Below are positions 55,050-64,000 of a stretch of 64,000 bases of DNA, in pieces. The notes below the pieces were generated by a model that was not told the origin of the DNA, did no database searches, and worked only from the letters and a program-made list of their open reading frames with translations. Position 1 is the first letter of the stretch, and each line of letters opens with the position of its first letter. Position numbers and translations under genes: made by a program. The stretch comes from Podarcis pityusensis. Lineage: Eukaryota. The stretch lies in assembly GCA_964106645.2 (NCBI GenBank), contig OZ078259.1, one strand, 5' to 3'.

Positions 55050-57519
55050 TTCCCTCCCTCCCTCTCTTTCTTTTTTCTTTTCCTTCTCCTCCTGCGATGA
55101 GGCTACATTTTAATATTTTAATGTTCCATTATTTTAAGGTTGTATTTTATTTTTGTTTTTAAGTTGTAATCATTCATCTTGTTTTTATTATTGCTTGTAA
55201 GCCGCTCTGAGCCCGGCCTTGGCTGGGGAGGGCGGGGTATGAATAAAAAATTAATTATTATTATTATTATTATTATTATACTGCATGTTTGTTGTGCCAC
55301 CCCCTCAATACTTGCTGGTTGAGGTTGTGTCACACTAGCCTTGCAACACCTAAATAAACACCTTGTTTTGATTTCTTCTGGAGTCTTGATTTTATTCGCT
55401 GTTCAGACTGAAGCCACAGGGTATTGGGTATTGAGCCTCGGTGGCGTAGGAAGGGATGTGTTGTGGGTGCGGTCAGCCCCAGGTATCATCACTGAGGGGG
55501 TGACTTCGGGGCCTGGCCTGCAGTGTGCCCAAGCCACATGTCTCTCCTGGGGAGTGACGTGGTGACTCGGGCCCCTGCAGGCTCCGCACTGCCCAAAACA
55601 GCAACATGGAGCTTGTGGACTCTGTGGTGGTTCCACGCAGCATGCTCTGCCCCAGCTTGCCCCGCTCTGTGGGTGGCTTGCCCCACCCCCAGGTGCAGGG
55701 CATTTGCGCCTCCCTGGGCACCCGAGCAGCTAGTTATGTCGCTGTTGAGCCTCAATATTTCCACCAACACTATTTCCCATAGTGGCTAACCAGGTGCTCC
55801 CAGAAGCCTGCAAACAGCACATGAACACAAATGGCTTCTCCTATTCTTCTTCCTCAGCATCTGATATTCATAGGCCTAGAAGTAATATGACATGTAATCA
55901 TGACTAGTAACCATTGATAACGTTATCCTCCATGATTTTTTTCTGATCCACCTCCTAAGTTGGTACTCAACACATGAACATAAGAAGTGCCCTCCTGGTT
56001 TATACCAAGAGTCTGCATTCTGTTCCCAAAGAGGCAAACGGGATGCCACTGCAAAGACCATAAATGCAATAGCCCTCTTCCATTTTTTGTTCCCAGATGA
56101 GTAAAGCAAGAGCAATTAGGCAGTCAAAACATAGGGAGCTGCCTTATATATATTGAGTCACTGTTGACTCATGTAAAACTTGTTGTCTACTAAGAACTAA
56201 GGTGCCACCCATCTTACATTTGTGCATCTGGTTCTTCCTTCCTAAGTGTAGAACCTTACACATGCCTCTTTTGAAATTCATTTTGTTAGTATGGGACCAG
56301 TTCTCCAATCTGTTTAGGTCATATTGAATCCTGATTCTGTATTCAACAGCAATGAGTGCCCCTCCCAGCTTGGTGTCACCTGAAAATTTGATGATTGTTA
56401 GTTAAGTATAGTAGCTAACAGTGTCAGACTAGGACTTGGGGAGGAGTGTATAGGTTCAACCTCACCATCATCACTAGAACATACGAAGCTGCCTTATGGC
56501 AAGACAGACCATACAATTCAGTATTATTGACACTGACTGGCAGTGACCCTCCAAGGAACCAGGTATTGAACTTGGGTCTTTCTGCATTCAAGGCAGATGC
56601 TCTACCCCCAAGCTATAGCTCTGCACCAGGAAACCCAGTGTGTGACCTTGGGACAGCTGCATACTCTCTCATCCTAACAATGATCTCGCTAGGCTATTGA
56701 TGTAGGATTGAATGTAGGAGGTTGTGATATGTAGGTTTCCTTGAGCTCGCTGGAGTGAAAGCCGGTATGTCAATTAATAAAAATTGCCCGGCTGGGTCAC
56801 ATATGTGTGAACCAGCCCTTGAAAATTACAGATAACGAAGATCAAAAGGTTTGGGGGAGAAAAACAGAATATTCCACATTGTGGTGAGCATGACTTACCT
56901 TCTAAATTTACTGGCATTTAATAGAACTGTAATGTTCTCATTCTGCATTTTTACAGCAGTAGCATCAAAATATTTTACAGGGGGAACTGCAATTAAACTC
57001 AGCCAGTTCTCTTAGCATAATTTCGCCTTGCATTAATTTTTAGCAAACCAAGTTATGGGTGTAATATTCCTCTTGGTACTTGTGGTTTTCGAAAAGAGAA
57101 TGAAATGCCTCTGAATGGTAATAAAAAATATTCCTTTACCAAAGCGAGTGCAGCCTTTTCCGCTTCCCCTTTCCCTTTATGAAAGATGCACATTAAGTTT
57201 CCTGGAGGTTTTAATTTCAGCAAGGAAGGGAAGAGAGAAAGTGGCATTTGTCCCTTTAAATTACAGTTTGCGTGTTGCTGTGCCCCCTCACTTAATCTCT
57301 CTAAACAGGTAATTTACTAGCTTTTGGGAAAGCACCCATGTGCCAGGAAATGTTAGTACACTCTGGGGATGCATTCAAGATTGATTGCAGTCTAACTCTG
57401 TGTACCATGCTAAGCTCTGTTTTACATGCACCTAAATCTTCAGTGATTTCCAGACAAGTAGAAGGCAAGCAGTCATTCAGCATAACGTTAGGCCTGGTCT
57501 ATACACGCAGCCAAGGGGC

Positions 57520-57880
57520 AGCCCTAGTGGGGCTGCCCTTGAAGACAACTGGGAAACTTCAGCTGGTCCAAAATGCAGCAGAGGTTCTATTTACAGTTCC
57601 TATAGCCCCTATTTTAAATCAGCCACATTTGTTGCAGGTACTTTTCTGGCCCTTGTTAGTGCTTAAAGCTCTCAATGGCTTAGGCCCCAAAATATCTGAA
57701 AGAATGCCTCCTTCTCTACTGACCCACTTGGGTGTTAAGATCAAGAGACAGGGCCATCTTGGTAGTTCCAACTCCCTCTGAAGCTTGGGGTGGTGTTGAC
57801 GGTCTGGGAAAGGGCCTTCTTTGTGGCAGCCCCTAAGCTGTGCAATTCTCTTTCCACAGAGCTGCATCTGGCACCTTCTT
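57520..57880 (+). mobile_element. Old L2 RT fragment
   Basis: LVGLPLKTTGKLQLVQNAA resembles ORF2 residues AGLPLKLSQKLQRVQNAA of the 50-55 kb element. Confidence 0.75.
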
Positions 57881-58418
57881 TTCATCATTGAGGGGAGCAA
57901 AAGTGCTTCAGCCCTTAGGAGCCAGCATCTATGCTGTAAACCCTGCACTCCCTCCACTGAAATTTCCATGGGATAAGCCCCTGAAACTCGCTGGAATCTT
58001 TATTATTACTACTATTATTTATTAAATTTGTATAGTGCCCTTTACATGCAGCCCTTTACATGGCAGAAATTGGGGGTGGCTCATAACCTTCATAAAAATA
58101 CAATGAAGAGCACTCATACAATCCATCCATTATGTATTTCACTGGTCCAATCATGCAGAAGAATAAAGCCCCAATTGTAATCTAAATAAGTTATGTATAG
58201 GTTCACAAGACAATGAATATGGTATACAACTTACCCCAGGAGATCCCACCATAACATTCTCTGTGTTGAGGGTGGACTTCAATCATTATCGCTCTGTAAA
58301 GGACATTCACAAAATAGTTAAACAATCAATCCCTCTACCTAGGGGACTCTGAAAATTGTAGCTGTGTGAGGAGAATAAGGAACTCATAACAAGTCTTAGC
58401 ACCCTTAACAATCTATAC

Positions 58419-58671
58419 CAGGGGTCAGCAAACTTTTCCAGCAGGGGGCCGGTCCACTGTTCCTCAGATCATGTGGGGGGGCTGGGCTATATTTTGAAAA
58501 AATAATAATAAACGAATTCCTATGCCCCACAAATAACCCAGAGATGCATTTTAAATAAAAGAACACATTCTTCTCATGTAAAAACACGCTGATTCCCGGA
58601 CTGCCCGCAGGCCAGATTTAGAAGGAGATTGGGCCGCATCCAGCCCCCGGGCCTTAGTTTGCCTACCCACA
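58419..58671. mobile_element. hAT (Charlie-like) non-autonomous element nested in an older repeat
   Basis: caggggtcagcaaact...agtttgcctaccc termini; 8-bp TSD atctatac / atctacac. Confidence 0.8.
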
Positions 58672-61600
58672 ATCTACACTTTCAAGGATTCTTTGCCAGA
58701 TGTCATGACTGTTAAAGTGGTATGGTACTGCTTTAAATATGTGGTCCATACAATGTTCTAAGCTTATTCCCCCCCCTCCCCCATTCCATTCCATTTTATT
58801 CCCATTAAGTTTTGAAATGATTTGCTCCATTAGCACCAATTTAATAATGTTGTTGGTTTTTTGTCCGGGTTTTTTTTGGGGGGGGGGGTTAAAAATAAAA
58901 TTAAAGATAGTAGGATAAATATGAGTGCAACTGTAATGAAATAATATTGCTAAATCAAGAAATTGCGCACACTGTTGTGACAAGGAATTAGAACATTAAA
59001 GCACACTATGCAAGACATCTAAAGTTCAGCACCTTAGAGAGTTAATTAAGACTTAAGTTAATTGGCAAAGATCTTATCATTGGATGGGAAACAGAAGTGA
59101 TGATCTTGTTTGTGCTTAAACAGAATAACTGAGGTCATTACAAGACTTTTTGGTGCATTATTGACCGATTTATAATTTCTTAATTAATTTTTGATTGACT
59201 TTCAAAGTATCTTGTAGCTTGACTGTTAATTATCTGACTTCTTATCACATGGGAAGGTAGAGATGTGCAGGAATACTGTTCATACTCTACAGCTGCATTC
59301 ATGGCCTTTACAGACAATTTCCTACTCTTAATAATGTCATTGTATGTGCTAATCAAGTACAGCCCTTACTGCTGATATACCAATCTCCTGCTGCATTCGT
59401 AATCAAGCTCACCTTTTGAGTTCACCAGAGATAGGATGATGTTTCGGGGAAGAGCTATGAAATTGTTAACATTTGCTATAAAACTGTAATGTGGCCCTTA
59501 TCAAATGGATCTTAGCTGGCTCAACAATCATGCCATTTTAGATCTAGAGTATTGTTTTTCTTCCAGTTAAGCACAATCCTCGTTTTGGTCTCCAGAAGAA
59601 ATAAGACAGTTTAAGGAGTGGCCTGAGGGTTTATCAGCTAGAAGTGTCATTTTTCAGGATTCAGTTCGGGACTAGCACAAAGCATTTTGCTGCCTAAGGC
59701 AAAAGGAAGATGGCAACCTTTCCAGTTTCCCCTGTGGAAGCCAGATGGACCAGCAGTTGAATATTGCTTCACATTGCCAATGGGATGGCATCTTACACTA
59801 CATCTACACTACAAGGTTCCAGGTTAGCTTAGGGCACTCAAGGCAGGCTGTGAAACAAGCACAGCACAGTCCCCGAGCATCACATTGCCACTCTCCACCC
59901 ATCAACCACCAGATACACCTGTCGCATTCTGTCTAATGGTACAATTGGACCTGCTTGAAATTAATACCTCGGAGTGGATAGAAGGTATCTCTTGCCAGTA
60001 GTGTGATTCACTGCACATGAACTTTAAGGCACCATGCAGTGAGCAGCCTGCTGCTTCACACATGCCAGCTGCCAGATCTTTATTTCTATTTCTTAACGTA
60101 TTTTAGGATAATTTGCATTTAGGGCACATGCATGTAGCTCCATGTGCATGAACATGAAGTCACCATGCAGCCCACAGCTTGCTATTCAACACTCCACAGC
60201 TGCTGAATTGTACTGTGAAACATTATAGGATACTTATATCTTTCTACCATATATTTGATCAAAATAACTGCATCACTAGACACAAGGTTTGTAAACACAG
60301 CAACTTTTAATGGTGTTCCATAATTGTGCAAGGATTTCATTTGTGCGGGCAGGGTGTTTGGCTCATTTCATCATTTTAATGGACGTGTCCCCCCCACCCC
60401 ACCCCCCACCAACACACCTATGGAATATTTATATATTCTCTGATATTTCCCACCATCAGGCAACATTATTTCCTTACGAGCAGCACAGATAAGTCTTGCC
60501 AGTGCCTGTGACTTACGGTCGTATAGTTTCACGATGGATAATATAAAGGAGTACCACACAGAGTAACATAAAACAGCATTTAGTTTGCTGTTAAATCAAC
60601 ACAGAGAACAAGGCAAACACCAGGCCCTCTTTCCAATTGCTAGCTATGTTTTGTTTTAAATCCATCAAGCTGATGGTCAGAAAATGCAATGTAGGCAGAT
60701 GATAATACAGAGGAAGTTCAAAGGAAATGCATTTATTGGATAGTCTCCAGAGCATATGAATTTAGATTGCTAATATCTAATGGAGTTTATGCTTTTGATA
60801 GAGCCATGGAACCATTCGGTGTAGGTAAAATGTTAATGAGGCGGATTCGATACTTCTGTAAATTGGCACGCCCCTTCTTGTGGGCGTGGAAGGAGGGACT
60901 TGTGGCTGGACAAGCGAGTTTAGAAGATGTGTTTTTCCTGATGAAGATGTGCCTGAACTTGGGCTACCCCACTTGCAAGTGTGTGTAATAAAAAGGTTTC
61001 TTAAATCACCCGTTTTGTCCAGATCACTTTATTTAAAAGGATACGGGGACCTTAAGTCAAAGGAACCAGTTTATTAATCTCCCACAAAGGGTCAAATAAA
61101 AAAATAATAACAATCCTTCAACTGCCAAAACAAATGGTCTTGCAGCACTGTGAAAACTAACGGATTTAGGGGAAACGTTTTAAAAATGGGAGGGTCAGGG
61201 GGCCTTGGTTTCTGTGGGTGCCATGGAGACCACATGCCACTCGTGTCACAAGGGGGAGGTCCTCAGTCATCATTTCTTTATTAATATATGTCCCCCCCTT
61301 GAGGCCTAGTTTCCCCAGCCCTGTCTATCTATGGTCTCTTGTGATGTCACCAACAGACATAGCAGCTGAGGGGAAAGAGGCAGTTACTTATTCTAGAATT
61401 TCAAACACAGGAGGGCAGGAGGGGGACATTTTTCAGCCCCGGGGTGCATGTCCCTCCACACAACACTAGTCAAATGTACAAATGATCAGAGCAATGAAAG
61501 CAAGCCTTATCTTTGCACAGGAAGCTGTTCAAGGAATGACATGCAGACAGTTAGTATCTCAGGAAAAAAGCACTTTTTCATCCATCCATCCATCCATCCA

Positions 61601-61749
61601 TCCATCGATCAATCAGTCATTTATTGTATTTGACTAGGATGGAGGTTTGCAAAGATTCGGACAATAATGGTCATTGGGATATAAATATATACTGAAGATA
61701 AAAAACCCATTGCAATAGTTAACAGGACTCAGGTCGCATCCACACAATG

Positions 61750-61988
61750 CAGTGGTAGCTCGAGTTAAGTACTTAATTCATTCCAGAGGTCCGTTCTTAA
61801 CCTGAAACTGTTCTTAAGCTGAAGCACCACTTTAGCTAATGGGGCCTCCTGCTGCCGCCGTGCCGCTGGAGCCCAATTTCTGTTCTTATCTTGAAGCAAA
61901 GTTCTTTACCTGAAGCACTATTTCTGAATTAGCAGAGTCTGTAACCTGAAGCGTATGTAACCTGAACGTGTAACCCAAGGTACCACTG
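61750..61988 (-). mobile_element. Tigger/mariner-like MITE, family A (reverse orientation)
   Basis: Reverse complement of the three other copies; TIRs cagtggtagctc and aggtaccactg|TA. Confidence 0.88.
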
Positions 61989-62328
61989 TACATTTAAAAC
62001 ACCCTTAGACCACTTTAACAGTTATTGATTTCACAAATAAACTGGGGACTGTAGTCTGCTGAGGGTGCAAAGAGTTGATAGGAGACAATCCAGTGTTTTC
62101 TATCTTACAATGACACTTCAGACAATCCAGATTCTCCTGAATAAAAGTCACTTCTAGATAACTGTTCACTGAGCATTCATTTTGCTGTTTGCACAGAGGT
62201 TAGAGAATATGGTGTTCATTCTGATTTGCTGGCAAGCAGGTTGGAAGCATTATCCCACACTTTCTAGGGAATTTCTTCATCAGTTTATTTATTGCAAAAA
62301 GTCTATTTTTTTTAAGAAAAACAAAAAA

Positions 62329-62348
62329 TTATTATTATTATTATTATT

Positions 62349-62380
<32 letters not shown>
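62329..62380. repeat. (TTA)n-(TAA)n inverted microsatellite junction
   Basis: ttattatta...tt|aataataat... forms a perfect AT palindrome with no spacer. Confidence 0.9.
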
Positions 62381-62383
<3 letters not shown>

Positions 62384-62423
62384 GGTATCTGAAGAAGTGT
62401 GCATGCACACGAAAGCTTATACC
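62384..62423 (+). ncRNA. Minimal type I hammerhead ribozyme motif
   Basis: GGUAU-CUGAAGA-A-GUGUG(CAUG)CACAC-GAAA-GCU-U-AUACC: stem I GGUAU/AUACC, both core boxes, stem II, and a palindromic AGCU in place of stem III. Confidence 0.7.
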
Positions 62424-62530
62424 AGAACAAACTTAGTTGGTCTATAAGGAGCTACTGGACAATTTTTTATTTTTTATATTTTTATTTTTATTTCGACTGT
62501 GTCAGACCAACACGGCTACCTACTTGAATC
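62384..62530 (+). mobile_element. Penelope-like element terminal (pseudo-LTR) fragment
   Basis: ctgaagaagtg...cacgaaagct...aaacttagttggtctataagg...cagaccaacacggctacc is a pattern I recognise from sauropsid Penelope-like elements. Confidence 0.7.
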
Positions 62531-62552
62531 TTTTAAGAAAGTGTGTTTGTTC

Positions 62553-63205
62553 TGCCATCTAACTGCCTTAGGGACCCCAGCCTGAATTTGTGTGGGATTT
62601 ACTCCTTAGCCTTTTCAGGCTAAGGTTACTCCAGAAGATATCCTGCAAGGCAGCAGAGGTTTAGGATCAGAGTTTTCCTTCTCCTAGATAGACTACCAGG
62701 TTGACAAGCCCCATCTGTTCCTCACTTCCTTCTAAAGCATGGGCAGAAACTGCCTTCTGAACCATTGGACCCATTATTGGTCTCATCTGCTCAATCCGCC
62801 AGAGCCTGTCTTTGAATGCGGGGAACTCCCTAACTCACCAAGGGTTTGAGACCTATCAGTTACCCTCACCTGGTTTAGCAGGCAAGTCAAAGCTATTCAT
62901 GGGGTGTGGCTGCTGTCACATGTTGACAGCTTCTAGGAGACACCGCTGTGAGCTGAGTGCAGGATGGGGACCAAAGGTGGACAAACTATGCCAAAAGGAG
63001 CATGACCAGAGGCACTGCCCCTCCCCTAATTCCCCTTACACCCCAGGTGCTCTGCTTGCCTTTGGACTACACCAGTGAGCCCAAGAGGGAGGTCTTGTCC
63101 CCTGGGCAGCCCAGGACCTCTATACACACTGCCCATGCTTGCACCCCTGAGAGGTCACTTCAGTGCTGCCACACAGCAAAAACAACATGGGTGGCAGCAG
63201 TTACT
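62553..63205. mobile_element. Second copy of the 36.3 kb repeat, internally inverted
   Basis: 62553-62700 matches the first copy on the minus strand, and 63047-63205 matches it on the plus strand. Confidence 0.6.
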
Positions 63206-64000
63206 AGTTAAAAGTGTCTGCAGCCACAGCAGGTGCTGTGATTCTCTAGTGGTTTTACTTCACACCAGGAGGTGCCCTTCATTGCCTCTTAACACAGAAG
63301 GATGCCAGCCAACCACCAGTTACATTCTGATATACCTGGAAGTTTGGAAAGGTCAAATCAGGTTTGTATGCAGTGAAAAGCGAACTGAGCAAATTTCTCC
63401 TCTGCCTGTGGACTGAGCCCATTGAAGTGGGTCTGGAAACTAACAAGAACCCAGTGTAAGTTGATAAAGTATCAGTTATATACAGTTGCAACTCTTTTTG
63501 ATTAGCTCTGTTCTGGAATCCAAACTGGTCCTATCTCATTACGTTCTTTTGCTTCTGTCTTTGAGTGCTGAAATAAAATTCAAATGAGATTGAGCACTTG
63601 TAATTAGGTTTTAATTCATTCTATTGTGAAGTATTTTTAATCTCTATTTAGCTTTACATTTATAACATCATAAGCCGTCTCTAGCACTGAAGCAAGAGGG
63701 GGATGGGACACTAATTCAGTGTTTATGGAGTAGAAATTAGTATAATGATTTTGATTCAGAAACTGAAGTCTGATTCCCACATTTATCTGTAAAGCTGCCA
63801 TAGCAAAGAAACTTGGTTTTCTTGAGGTTGTTGGTTGTACTGAGACCAGAAAACTAGGAAAGGACCGTCATATTAACTTGGCAAACACAGAAAGGTGTTA
63901 TTTTAAAACAATGAAACATGCAGTTATTAACCTGCAGTTTGAAGTGGTCTGCTGTCCAAGGAAGGCTGTACCATGTGATTTCTATGCACATATAGATTGA

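Larger units (their letters stand above)
50460..55279 (+). mobile_element. Near-full-length L2-clade LINE, inactivated; 5' boundary approximate
   Basis: ORF1, APE endonuclease and RT occur in order, followed by a T-rich 3'UTR, the terminus gtaagccgctctgag...gggcggggtatgaataaa and a (TTA)n tail. Confidence 0.9.

Noticed and set aside
59024-59044. REST/RE1-like motif (ttcagcaccttagagag); another at about 16278
   Set aside because: The right half-site mismatches GGACAG, or the spacing is non-canonical.
60768-61059. Possible solo LTR with AATAAA
   Set aside because: I could not find matching termini with a TSD.

Overview
Eukaryotic, repeat-rich vertebrate DNA. The repeat content (Sauria-type SINEs, squamate tRNA-SINEs, L2/CR1 tails, Tigger-like and hAT MITEs) points to a squamate, most likely a lacertid lizard. 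The only host gene I can support is AFF2 (FMR2) on the minus strand. Its 47-nt first coding exon (34529-34575, MDLFDFFRDWDLDQQ-C) was missed by the ORF track and lies in a CpG-rich promoter/5'UTR. Positions 1-34528 are therefore intron 1 (exon 2 not found) and 35100-64000 is upstream intergenic DNA. Nearly all other listed ORFs look spurious. Notable elements: (i) a ~2 kb CpG-rich higher-order repeat (about 27-bp subunits nested in 892/722-bp units) with CTCF-, NRF1- and ETS-like motifs, fused to a Tigger-like transposon end; (ii) a near-full-length but disrupted L2 LINE with a recognisable ORF1; (iii) a Penelope-type terminal repeat with a minimal hammerhead ribozyme fold; (iv) a micro-uORF and short GCC/GCA triplet runs where the human FRAXE repeat lies; (v) several candidate conserved non-coding elements. 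Family names come from my recognition of the sequence, not from database searches.
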